NCBI RefSeq assembly: GCF_006345805.1
Contig: NC_043015.1
Span: forward strand, 62,001 to 126,000
Reading direction: 5' to 3'
DNA from: Octopus sinensis
Taxonomy: Eukaryota
Length of the DNA: 64,000 nucleotides
The position numbers and the translations under genes were made by a program. This document shows positions 28,500 to 40,561 of the stretch, one piece after another; the stretch's first letter is position 1; every line of letters begins with the position of its first letter. The notes below the pieces were generated by a model, which saw only the letters and a program-made list of their open reading frames with translations, was not told the DNA's origin and did no database searches.

Positions 28500-28900
28500 A
28501 AGATCGAAATTGCAGAATCGTTAGCTCGTGGGACAAAGTGCTTAGCAGCATTCCTTCGGCTCTTTACGTTCAGAGTCTAAATACCGTCGAGTTCAAATTT
28601 AACTTTCATCATTTCAGTGTCTATTAAATAAGTACAGCTTGAGTAATTCATCGATGGAATCGATGCATCCACTCCTCCTAAGACGTGAAAGGATTATGAA
28701 GATTGAATGAATATGGCGAGGAAGCAGAATTCTTCGAGCGTCAGAAAGCGAAAAATACTTTGCGGTATTTTTTTCCTGTTCATTACATTCCCAATTCAAA
28801 TTCCAACGAGTTTAATTTTACCTTTCGGAGTCGATAAAAAATATGTACTCATCTAACGTAATCGATTGGCGACCTCCCTTCAAAATTTCTGGATTTAAAG
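28500..28900 (+). mobile_element. Two tandem degenerate family A SINEs (28500-28720, 28715-28900)
   Basis: GCAGAATCGTTAGC...GTGCTTAGC...TTTACGTTCAGAG, and GCAGAATTC...GCGGTATTT...TTCAAATTCC...CTTTCGGAGTCGATAAAA. Confidence 0.7.
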
Positions 28901-29136
28901 AGTGGTGGGATGGCATTATTTTTAGAGCTTTCAGAAACCACAAAGGATCTTTACAAGAAAAATGCCAAGAAAAATGCACTAAAATGATTGTTCTGTCTCT
29001 TTACGTTTGAATTTCTACATCTATTTACATACTTCAGAACTTAATACTTAAAGTGTGAGTCAAGTGTTGTGGCCAGCACCTCTCTCCCTATCTAGCTCTT
29101 TTGTTTTCTTTCTCACTTACTCTCTCTCTCTCTCAG

Positions 29137-29258
29137 AATCTGCAACACAGCAATGTGTAAGACCAAGAAAATGTGCGTTTCTTGCAAGAAATGAATAAGG
29201 ATCGAGATAATTAATGACGGAACACTTCTCATCTCACATGCTACAATAAATTATCCAG
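29137..29258 (+). other. Candidate exon with strong 3' splice site; gene unknown
   Basis: CTTAC branch-like site, (CT)n tract and CAG at 29134-29136. Frames read ICNTAMCKTKKMCVSCKK* or SATQQCVRPRKCAFLARNE*. AATAAA at 29245; possible GC donor AG|GCAAGC at 29258. Confidence 0.3.
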
Positions 29259-29729
29259 GCAAGCCAGGAAACAGACCAATAAGATGAACGTCTCTACTAT
29301 ACCAATGACCGCTGCAAAAGAATCCTGTATTAAAAATAGCTGAAGAAATTAAAAAATTTTCTTAATCATCATGATACCCTTTAAAGAGAACCTGTTCTGC
29401 GATCGAGGATCGTTTATACATAATCATAAATTATTAATTCTGAAAACTTTTTGTGAAAGATATTAAAACGAAACTGTCATTCGGTTGCTTCTTAAAAATA
29501 AGTAGAACATATAACGCTGTGCTGGCTAATTCTGATAACGAAAATTCATATGACCGTATTTAATATGCAAGTGTACTGGTTGAATAAATTCATGTTAGGA
29601 ATTAAAATTACTAAATATAAAATATTTTGTTCAAACATTAATCGATCGATGAAGACATAAAGAAATTCTAAATTTAAACCGTCGCGTTCTTGTGTAATCT
29701 ATAACGCTTTAGGAATTATACATATATAT

Positions 29730-29798
<69 letters not shown>

Positions 29799-29858
29799 AT
29801 ATAGGGAGAGATATAGTGAGAGAGAGATAGAGTGAGAGAGAGAAAGGAGAGAGAAATA

Positions 29859-29941
<83 letters not shown>

Positions 29942-31094
29942 TATGTATGTATGTGTATATATATATATTATATATATATATATAAGCACATACTCACACT
30001 CATAAAAACACACATACGTACACATACACATGTGTACGTATGTGTGAGTTCATGCGTGTGTTAATTTGTACATTTTTATTGTTTTCAGTCATTCATTAGA
30101 CTAGATTACAAATTTTAAGGGATTAGTCGATTATATTCACCCTTCTACTTACTTTATTTATATCTATCCATATACGTATGAATCGAACGTCTAGAAATGG
30201 GATATAAAGCGACACCATAAACACCACTGGTTTTAAAACCGTGTTTAATGTATATACACACTGCGATATATGTTTATATAAAACACCTGGTCGAGTAGAT
30301 AATTTTGTGGGCTATTAAACTAAGAGCTGGATGTTTTGGTTTCCTGATGGAAACAAACATTCTCATCCAAAAATCTATTTCCTGTGTGAAAGCGTGTCTT
30401 TTACGAATATGACGCTATTATATCATAGAGCAATAGAGTTGTGTAAAGACGCAAGTTCCAGCTTCTGAATACAGCCACTACTTAAACAAAATGGTTTTGG
30501 TAAAATACTCTCCTGCAAGAAAAATAATGGGGGAATTATTGCTATGATAAAAGATCACTTTAGCCTAGGGTTTGCCATCATACTGATGGGGGAAAATTAA
30601 AATCGTCGTTCGTAACAACAACCTAAAACCATACTGGACAGACTATAAACTACGTATCATTGTTACTGTTATATCGGAATACTACACAGTGGCTTTGTGA
30701 GCTCCAAAATCCTCGTCGCCACTGTTAAGTCTACAACTAAACACTATATCTACGTATTGGGCTATCCTACTTCATCGTCTGGGGGTGTTCACACAACAGT
30801 TACACAATGAGAATTGGATATTAAAATACAGCATACAAGGCATCTAAATAGAATATTTCAATATTTTATCTAAACAACCTTTCGATTAATTTAATTTCTA
30901 GTCGTCTTATTTCTGTTTACGCGTTACCGTATTAGATTCACATCTCGTAAATGTTATCTTTAAACCAAGGTGGGAGAACCAGTATCTTCCAAGAAATTTA
31001 AAGGTTATAGTATGTAGTACGATGTCTTATTATTTAAAAATAATTTTAAAATTTAAATAGTAAGAATGTAATATCATTAGAAGACCAAGCTAAG

Positions 31095-31500
31095 TTTGCG
31101 GGGTTGCAGAAACGGTAGCACTCCGGACAAAATGCTTAGCGACATTTCGTCTGTCTTTACGTATTGAGTCCAAATGCAGCCGAAGTCATCTTTGCCTTTC
31201 ATCCTTTCTGGGTGGATAAAATATAGAATTAGATGTAATAGACATAGCCCTTTCTCCGAAAACTGCTGGCAATGTGACAAAATTTGAAACCATTTGTCAC
31301 GACAAAACTACGGCAGCGAATAGGCAACATCGTTATTTTGCCCGTCTTTACCCTCTAAGTTTAAATACTGCCGATTTCTTTTTATCCTTTCGGGGTCGAA
31401 AAAACAAGTACCACTTGATCACTAGTAATGATGTAGTCGACCAGCCGCCACCCTCTAAAATTTTAGGCTCGCTACCTACAGAGGAAAGGATTATTAGGGG
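31095..31500 (+). mobile_element. Two tandem family A SINEs (31095-31295, 31305-31500)
   Basis: GCAGAAACGGTAGCAC.CCGGACAAAATGCTTAGCG...CTTTGCCTTTCATCC; second copy ATCCTTTCGGGGTCG...AAAATTTTAGGC...AAGGATTATT. Confidence 0.8.
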
Positions 31501-31539
31501 ACTAGTCTAAGGCTTTGTTATAAGGGAGCATTTGAGAAC

Positions 31540-31800
31540 CAGTAGTTCTCAAGCATTTTCGGCTATGCACCCCTTGGATTCCCATATGTACTCGGGTGAT
31601 CCCTTATAGCCATCTGATGTTTTAAGAAATCCCATTATAATTTTAAATTCTTTGGAATTACATATAAAAAATTGTTAAGGTATCTGGTGTATTGAAAAAG
31701 CATTAAGGAGTTTATTGCACATAAATTTTAATAAAAAGTAATTTTCTATGGAACAGCAAAGGTTCAGGGATCTCCAAGGGATCACGGTTGAGAATCACTA
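31540..31800. mobile_element. hAT-type MITE
   Basis: Imperfect TIRs CAGTAGTTCTCAAG ... GTTGAGAATCACTA, related to the CAGTGGTTCTCAAC end at 48192 and the copy at 57844. No clear 8-bp TSD. Confidence 0.65.
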
Positions 31801-32314
31801 TTCTAAATGCATTAAATATCACAGGTCCAGGGCTTGTCTTTGAATTTCAAGACACACATTTTGTTGTCACTATTACTTCTCAATTGCAATGTTTGTGGTC
31901 AAGGCACGCCGCCCTTCTTTCAAGGATTTCAAATTTTGGCACATTTTGGAGCTTTACCAGCAGTTTTCATGGAAAGGGCTAAGTCTGTTACATCTGATTG
32001 TTAAGGTGTCGTCATCATCGTTGTCATCACCATCGTCCTATTACTACAGCGCTGCTAATGCTTCCACTGTTTGGCTGTGCTGCTGTTACTGAAATATATG
32101 GATCCCATTGCGTGAATACAGGCTTTCTACACGCCTGGATGAAACTAGCAGAAAATGAGAAACACCCAAAATAGGTCTTTTAAAAATAAACGCAATCATT
32201 TTAGTTGGTATTCTACTGCAAGATCAAGAGAAAACAGCCATCTTTGTTTTCATAGTTTCACTGATATTCTGGTTATATATATGTATACATATATATATAC
32301 ACATACACACACAC

Positions 32315-32345
<31 letters not shown>

Positions 32346-32383
32346 CATATATATATAAATATACATACACAAACACATGTATA

Positions 32384-32415
<32 letters not shown>

Positions 32416-32904
32416 TTGTATACATATGTATATATATATGCATGTATATATACATATATATATCATCCAGCAGCACACACCCTACTGGATAAAAAAGGAC
32501 TAATTCAAAATAGCAGACAGAGGCATGGCATATAAAATCAACATATATATATATATATATATATGTACATCAGAGAAAGACAAATTAAACAAATATTCGA
32601 AGAGATGAACTTTCGAAGAAGTTTTGTATAGATGGAAAAATTGAGTAAACGGATATATTTATAGACTATTGTTATTGTTAATAAAAGGAGAAAACTCGAG
32701 TTGATTTCTTTGCAAACTAAGTGGGTATGGCTAGTATTTTTTCTAGATAATTTTAAAATAAGCAACTACAACCGTCCCCTGATACTTACATCAGGGATTC
32801 CAGTTATTTGAAATTTTCCACCTAGTTAATTAATCAAATAAACACTCACACACATTCGGTCATAAGCATAAATACACACGTATGTTTAGATATATACATA
32901 CATA

Positions 32905-32970
<66 letters not shown>

Positions 32971-33306
32971 GTGTGTGTGTGTGTGTGTTGCAAACTAGTG
33001 TTTTTCGTTGTTTTTGAAGTGGTGATCAATTTTAACGGATCGACATCTTTCCCGGCTTTCAATGTCATTACATCTAAGAATGACTTGAATTAGAAAACTG
33101 ATCTTGTTATTGTAGTTGTCGTTATTTTTTGTTTTGTTTCGTTTTGTTTTTGTACAACCTCTCCTTCTATTACGATAACATGGCCTCGTTAAATTGACAA
33201 TATCATACGCACACGTATACTGGTATTAGTGAAGGTGTGTGTCTGTGCGTATATATATTTAAGTAGTTGTGGATGTGAAAAATATACATATTAGTGTGTT
33301 TCTTTC

Positions 33307-33964
33307 CTTGGAGTGGCTGTGTGGTAAGTAGATTGCTTACCAGCCACATGGTTCCGACCAAAGCCTTCTGAGTGGATTTGGTATACGGAAACTGAAAGAA
33401 GCCCGTCGTATATGTATATATAATATATATACAAAAAAGCAATAAAGATTCAAGTTAATTTAAATGAATACTTGAATATGGTACCTAACTTAGATGCACC
33501 AAAAAAAAACTATACTGTTTTAACAATACAGTAATGTGGGGTGATTATAGCGAGAAAGAAGCAACAAGAATGGATAGGTTTTTAGTAAAATCTTCATACA
33601 AGGACAGGCTTTATAAAAGTTGTAAAATTACAGCATATAAACGTGTCCCGTACTCATCAGCTAAAATACATGTGAGATTAGGTCACCTTCTCTGTGATGC
33701 TATTAGAACTTTTTTAAAATTCTGTGATAAGACTGTACATCATCTTTAAAGAACTTTGGAAATCTGTGTATGTTACTTAATTATCTACTTACTTCATGGA
33801 GTATAGCCTCAACCACTAGGATGTCTAGAGAACTCACATGTATTTTAGCTGATGAGTACGGGACACGTTTATATGCTGTAATTTTTTACAACTTTTAATA
33901 AAGCCTGTCCTTGTATGAAACGATTGTACAAAAACCTATCCATTCTTGTTGCTTCTTTCTCGCG

Positions 33965-34004
<40 letters not shown>

Positions 34005-34175
34005 TATATATTGTGTGTGTGTCATACGTGTGTATATATGTTTCTGTGTCTGTGTTTATACCCCCAAAATCACTTGATAACCGATGCTGGTGTATTTACG
34101 TCCCCGTAACTTATACGTTCTGCAAAACAGACCGATAGAATAAGTAGTAAGCTTACAAAGAATAAGTCCCGGGGT
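33307..34175 (+). mobile_element. SINE family B split by a ~530-bp insertion (33437-33963)
   Basis: Head at 33307-33420; 3' half (GTGTCTGTGTTT...GAATAAGTCCCGGGG) at ~34040-34175. Confidence 0.8.
33550..33963. repeat. ~130-bp near-perfect inverted repeat (33550-33676 and 33833-33963)
   Basis: GCGAGAAAGAAGCAACAAGAATGGATAGG...CTCATCAGCTAAAATACATGTGAG against its reverse complement. Confidence 0.9.
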
Positions 34176-34199
34176 GGATAAATTAAGCACCAGTGTGCC

Positions 34200-34410
34200 T
34201 AGTGTAGAAAAGAATCGTTAGCTCACCGGACAAAGTGTTTCGTGGCATTTTGACCGTCTTTAACTTCTGAGCTCAAATTCCACCGAGGTGGATTTTTGCA
34301 TCTCATCTTTACGGGATCCTTAAAATTCGTGCTATTCAAGCACTGGGATTGATATAATCGACTATCCCCTTCTTCACAAAACTTCAGGATTCCGTGCTTA
34401 CAGTAAAAAG
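34200..34410 (+). mobile_element. Degenerate SINE, family A
   Basis: AGAATCGTTAGCTCACCGGACAAAGTG...CTGAGCTCAAATTCCACCGAGG...TATAATCGACTATCCCC. Confidence 0.75.
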
Positions 34411-34534
34411 GAATGAAACTGAATTAACAGCCTAAACTTTTTTTCGAAAAAGAAGCATATTTGATAATGTAGTCCTCGATGCATTATGGACGTAAAAACT
34501 AAATATACTGGACGCACATGAAATTATACTACTA

Positions 34535-34581
<47 letters not shown>

Positions 34582-35144
34582 ATAATAATAATAATAATAA
34601 TATAATAATAATAATAATAATACCACCTCCACCACAAACACCACCACTACTATTACTACCAATGCTACTATTACTACTACTACTACTACTACTACTACTA
34701 CAAAGATTGTAATTCATCCTGTAAAAGGCCTTCATTTCAGTAATATAGGCACATCATCACACATCTTACAATTGAAAGGTGGTGGATGTGGTGGCTTCAG
34801 GATTTTTAACACAAGACTAGCAATTTTAGGGGAACTGGCGTCGATGATATACATATATACACACCAACTCAAATATATATATATACGCACAGACACACAC
34901 CCTCACTACAATCAGTATACGTATGCGTATGATATTGTCAATTTAACGAGGCCATATTTATTGTAAAAGAAGGAGAGCTTGTACAAAAACGAAACGAAAT
35001 AAAACAAAAAAATAACAACAATAACGAGATCAGTTTTCTATTTCAAGTCATTCTTAGATGTAATGACATTCAAAGCCGAGAAAGATGTCGATCCGTCAAC
35101 ATTGATCACCACTTCAAAAACAACGAATAATCGTAGTTGGCAAC

Positions 35145-35347
35145 AAGTGACCTCGTGTGTACCGTTGGCGATTTTTTTTCCTCTGTCTTCCCTTCTCTGG
35201 ATCTTACCTTCTTCTATGTTTCCGACGTAGAGCTCCGCTCGAAACGTTAAACCCTCCTTCTTCCCTTCTTTCCTGAGCGTCCAATAATACTATATTTGTT
35301 CTACGTCCTCGCATTGTTGTGTTTTTTTTGTTTTTCTTGTTTGATTA

Positions 35348-35350
<3 letters not shown>
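35145..35350 (+). mobile_element. Penelope-like pseudo-LTR fragment with a minimal hammerhead motif
   Basis: Contains the GTTT-CCGACGTA-GAGC-TCC-GCTC-GAAAC-GTT-AAAC fold; ends in a T-rich tail abutting (TA)n. Confidence 0.6.
35218..35252 (+). ncRNA. Minimal type-I hammerhead ribozyme motif with a mutated core
   Basis: Stem I GTTT/AAAC, stem II GAGC/GCTC, GAAAC plus GTT with palindromic AACGTT stem III. The core is CCGACGTA instead of CTGACGAA. Confidence 0.55.
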
Positions 35351-35389
<39 letters not shown>

Positions 35390-35447
35390 ATATATATATA
35401 TATATATATGTAAGTAAGTATGCGCATATATATGTATATATAATATA

Positions 35448-35480
<33 letters not shown>

Positions 35481-35601
35481 GTAAGTATGCGCATATATAT
35501 GTATATATATATATATATATATAATATAATATATATATATATATATAGATATATATATGTATATATAATATTATATATATATATATATTACTATTATATA
35601 T

Positions 35602-35636
<35 letters not shown>

Positions 35637-35694
35637 GTATGTATTTATGTATGTATGTATGTATGTATGTATGTATATATGTATGCATGTATAT

Positions 35695-35850
35695 CATTGA
35701 CACCAGTTCTTTAGTCGTACCTATTTTATCGGCCCCGAAACGATGAAAAGCAAAATCGACCTTGGCAGCATTTAAACTCAGGTCTTAAAGCTGGAAGATA
35801 TGCCGCTAAGCTTTACATCCGGTGCCATAAATATTCTTCCGAAAATGAGA
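35695..35850 (-). mobile_element. SINE family A fragment
   Basis: TACCTATTTTATCGGCCCCGAAACGATGAAAAGCAAAATCGACCTTGGCAGCATTTAAACTCAG. Confidence 0.75.
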
Positions 35851-36040
35851 TAAAAATAATATAACCTATCACCCAAAGACATGCAGTTTTTCCATTCTGT
35901 TACTATAGTGACATCTTCCTCCTCTGAACTAGCTGGCCTCATGCTATTTTCCCTTAAGCTCGTCCAACTCACACGTTGCTGTACACCCTCCTTTTAGCGT
36001 CACCCACATCATGTGCATTCTCCTAATCACATAGCAGGAA

Positions 36041-36071
<31 letters not shown>

Positions 36072-36829
36072 CTTCCTCACCACATTGTTATCCGAACGAA
36101 AACCTATTCAATTGATTGCTTGTCTTGAAAACATCGTCTTGCAGCCTTTCACGAATAACATGAATAATATCGATCTCACTTGGCTTGGAGGCCTGTCAAA
36201 AAACAAGGACACGACACTTTCTTTGTGGTCAAACAATTAAGAAGAAATGTATTTTCCTTCTTGTACCTATATTGAGAGGGTGAATGGCAAAATCGAGCTT
36301 GATGGCCTTGTCTTATGTTAGAAATCTCAGTTCCTGATAGAGTCGCCTCATCGTGACGTTTGGTGAATGTTAGGCATTTTAAAACTTGGTCTGGCCATCA
36401 TTGTCTATGCTTGATTACAGCCGATTTCTTCCAGAAAAAAAAGAGGGGAAAGAGAAAAGGGAAAAGTGAAGAAAGATATAGTAGACAAGAAGAAAGAGAG
36501 AAACAAAATGAAAGAGAGAGAAGAAAAGTAGAGAAAAATGAAAAGAGAAATATAATGAAGGAGAGAGAAGGGAGGAAAGAAGAAAGAGAGAGACAGAAGA
36601 AAGAGAGGGTAAGTATAAAAGAGAGTAGGAAAGAAAGAAGAGAATCGAGTGAGAAAAGTTAGACAAATAAGAAAAAAAAAGAAAAGGAGAAGGAAAAGAT
36701 AGACTATAAAACCAAAAAAAAAAAAAAAGCAGAAAGAGAGAAGAAAAGTAGAGAAGAAGAAAAAGAAAGACGGACATTAAACGAACAGGAAATAAAATTT
36801 GAAAAAAAGAACGAAAGATAAGAAAAAGG

Positions 36830-37960
36830 AGAGCAAGAAATTAAATGAGTAGGAAAGAAAAAGTGAAAAAAGAATGAGACAGAAGAAAAAAGAGAATGAA
36901 AGAAATTCAGTGAGTATGAAATAAAATAATGAAAAAATAACAAAAGAGAAAAAGAGAATGGAAGAAATTCAACGAGTAGGAAAGAAAAAGTGAAAAAAGA
37001 ACGAGAGAGAAGAAAAATAAAATGAAAGAAATTCAGCGAGTATGAAAAAAAAATTGAAAACTGAGAGAGAGAAAATAAAGAGGGAAAGAAATCAAGCAAG
37101 CAGGAAAGGAAAACTGAAAAAAAAAGAATGAGAGAGAAGAAAAAGAGTGTAAGAAATTAAACGAGTAAGAAAGAAAAGGTGAAAAAAGAACGAGACAGAA
37201 GAAAAAGAGACTGAAAGAAATTCAGCGAGTAGGAAACAAAGTGATTTAAAAAAAACAAATGAGAGAAAAGAAAAAAGACAGAAAGAAATTAAGTGAGATA
37301 GAAAAAGCGAAAAAAAAAAGAACGAGAGAGAAGAAAAAGGAGAGAAAAGAATTAAGCGTGCTTGAAAGAAAAGCAGAAAGAGAACGAGAGAGAAGAGAAA
37401 AGAGAGAAAGAAATTAGCAGGTATGAAAGAAAAAGTGAACAAAAGAGAATGAAAGAAATTTGGCGAAAATGAAAGAAAAAGTGAAAAAAAGAACAAAAGA
37501 GAAGACAAAGAGAATGAATGAAATTTAACGGGTATGAAGGAGAAAATGAAAGAAAAGAACAAGAGAGTAAAAGAGAATGAAAGAAATTCGGCGAAAATGA
37601 AAGAAAAAGGGAAAAAAAGAACAAGAGAGAAGGCAAAGAGAATGAAAGAAATTCAGCGAGTATGAAAGAAAAAAAATGAAAGAAAAGAACAAGAGAGAAA
37701 AAGAGAATGAATGAAATTCAGCGAGTATGAAAGAAAAAGTGAAAAAATAGAACGAGAGAAAAGAAAAACAGAATGAAAGATATTCTGTGAGTATGAAAGA
37801 AAAAGTGAAAACAAGTGAGAAGAAAAAGAGAATGAACGAAATTCAGCGTGTATGAAAGAAAGACTGAAAAATGTGAAAGAGAAAAAAAGCGAGAGAGAAA
37901 TTAAGCAAGCATGAAAGAAAAATTGAAAAGACGGAATGATATAGAAGAAAAAAATAGAAA
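36830..37960 (+). repeat. Polypurine minisatellite, about 18 degenerate units of ~63 bp, within a wider A/G-rich tract (36430-38010)
   Basis: Recurring unit AAGAAATTCAGCGAGTATGAAAGAAAAAGTGAAAAAAGAACGAGAGAGAAGAAAAAGAGAATGA. Confidence 0.9.
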
Positions 37961-38301
37961 AAATCTAAGAGGGTACGTAAGAAAGAGAAGAAAAGGAAAA
38001 CACGAAAGACAAGAAGTCAATTCAAGCACCGAACTGTCACATTATTTATCAACTTCGAACAAATGAATGGCAAAGTTGATCTACCGATTCTGTGTCGCCT
38101 TGGTGTTATTTGTACCCAAAACAAACATAACTAAATAGAACCCAGTATTTAATCCTTCGCACAATAGGTACTACTACGCCGCTACTGCTTGCTTTTATTC
38201 ATTTAACAAGTGTTTCTTAAGCGCAATATTATCAATTTGTTGGTGTTAAAAAAGATTGGCGATTAAATATACTTTGATATTTGACTGGTACTTTATATGA
38301 C

Positions 38302-38694
38302 ACTAGCAGTATGGCCCGGCGTTGCTCGGGTTTGTTTCGACCCTTGAGAATTGGATTTTTTGAAAAGAAAATATTTTGCATTATGTGGTTTGTTATTCTC
38401 TTTAAGTGAGCATTTTTCTGCTTGAAATACACCGAAAAAATGGCGACACAGCAGTCAAAAACCGTACAAAATAGGGATTTTCATAGCAAAAACAGCAACT
38501 TTTTGATGTAAATAATTTTTGGTGTTAACATGGTCTGATTTGATTTTTTTCTTCGACGGAAGGAAGAGCAAGCCTTCTTCTATCATACCTTCAATTTTGG
38601 TCAACTTGCGCCGCAGGGGCTCGGAGGAGATAGTGTTAGTTGAAGGCTACCAAACATGCCATACGCAGACTACTTCAGCTTTATATATAGAGAT
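38302..38694 (+). mobile_element. Non-autonomous Helitron-like element (Lep1-type architecture)
   Basis: Starts ACTAGC followed by the hairpin CCCGGCGTTGCTCGGG; ends GCTTTATATATAGAGAT; second copy inverted at 53673-54057. Confidence 0.7.
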
Positions 38695-38751
38695 ATTTCT
38701 GACTGTGAGAGGAGGAAATGTACTATAGAGATTGGAAGGCTTCGAATTTAG

Positions 38752-39120
38752 TACTCTTTTACTTGTTTCAGTCATTTGACTGTGGCCATGCTGGATCACC
38801 GCATTTAATCGAGCAAATCGACCCTACAACTTATTCTTTGTAAGCCTAGTACTTAATCTATCGGTCTCATTTGCCGAACCGCTAAGTTACGGGGACATAA
38901 ACATAGACACACAAACATATACAAACATATACAAACACACACACACATGTATATATATACATATATACGACGGGCTTCTTTCAGTTTCCGTCTACCAAAT
39001 CCACTCACAAGCCTTTGGTCGACCCGAGGCTATAGTAGAAGACACATTACCCAAGGTGCCACGCAGTGGGACTGAACCCGGAGCCATGTGGTTGGTAAGC
39101 AAGCTACTTACTACACGGCC
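38752..39120 (-). mobile_element. SINE, family B
   Basis: Reverse complement of the full head (CCCAAGGTGCCACGCAGTGGGACTGAACCCGG) and the 3' part. Confidence 0.9.
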
Positions 39121-39179
39121 AATGAACACCACCCAATACCAAGAGCTTGTCGCCCTATCCTCAATATTGCATAATATTG

Positions 39180-39400
<221 letters not shown>

Positions 39401-39464
39401 GCATCCGTTGGCCTCGAGAGACCAGTGCCCCAGCATGGCCGCCGAGTCTAATAATTATATATAC

Positions 39465-39620
39465 GATGAGCTTCCAAACATTTTACGTCTACCCAATTCT
39501 CACATAAGGTATTATTCGGCCCGTGGTTTTAGTCGAAGATACTTCGCTAAGGTACCGCACAGTGGGACTGAACCCGAAACCATGTGGTTATTGCAAATAT
39601 ACTTCTTAACCACACCGCCA
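39465..39620 (-). mobile_element. Degenerate SINE family B head
   Basis: CGCACAGTGGGACTGAACCCGAAACCATGTGGTT...AACCACACCGCC. Confidence 0.7.
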
Positions 39621-40183
39621 TCACTTCATCTGCAGTTCTCTCCCTTGCTTGCTCTTTAAACAATACTTCTCCCAATGTCACCGAGTGGGTCAATTAGAAC
39701 TTGCAGCATTCGTATCTTTTCCGAAAGAACTGAGACACAAGGGAAGTAGAATAACAACAGCAACACCGACGGAAGTTTGAAACTGGAAGACATAGTCAGT
39801 TCGAGAATAACTGACAATATCTTGTACAATGTTGATCGCTCGCTCACAACGATGTATTAAAAATAAGCATTTACAATTTACAGGTCAAAACCCTGAAGCT
39901 TAACTTCGTTACTGAAACCTACGTGACAGAGAATTCGAGATTGTCTCAGGGAGAATATGAAATATTTGTGTGATTTAATTAATTTTTTCTTCTTCTCAAT
40001 TTCCTCTAATAGAACCGGTTAATTAGGTGACATTATTAATATGGCTGCCGCTTTTGTGTTATTATTCAAACTCCCTGGGAATGCTGTTCAAAGTTGTGCT
40101 GTAAATATCACGTGCGTGCGCACATATTTTTGGAACTGGTGGGGTTTCGAAGAGCATGAGCTATGCCAGTGTCCATAAAACAA

Positions 40184-40215
<32 letters not shown>

Positions 40216-40505
40216 GTGAAAATAGCTGGTAGAACAGTCTTAGATTTTTGCATTTATGTACGGAACCTGGCAACGTGAGTTCAGTCATTATCACTCCCCC
40301 CCTTTTTTTTCTCTCGTTCACTTACACATGCGCACACTTTATCTTTCTCTGTACAGATTTCTATGAATATCTATCGATAAAATTCTCTCTCTCTCTCTCC
40401 CACACGCACACATTTACTCACTGTCTATATATTTGTGTGAGCGTCGGTGTCCATATGTATGTATGCATACATATATAGCAATATATATTTACATATTTAT
40501 ATACA

Positions 40506-40561
<56 letters not shown>

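Larger units (their letters stand above)
32987..35144. repeat. ~280-bp diverged inverted repeat pair (32987-33263 and 34867-35144)
   Basis: For example GATCGACATCTTTCCCGGCTTTCAATGTCATTACATCTAAGAATGACTTGAA is the reverse complement of TTCAAGTCATTCTTAGATGTAATGACATTCAAAGCCGAGAAAGATGTCGATC. Confidence 0.9.

Noticed and set aside
33849-33875. CTGATGAG as a third hammerhead core
   Set aside because: No GAAA follows a plausible stem II in either arm of the inverted repeat.
36830-37960. Regularly spaced anchors resembling a CRISPR array
   Set aside because: The spacers are homologous A/G-rich sequence, the context is eukaryotic, and there are no cas genes; it is a minisatellite.
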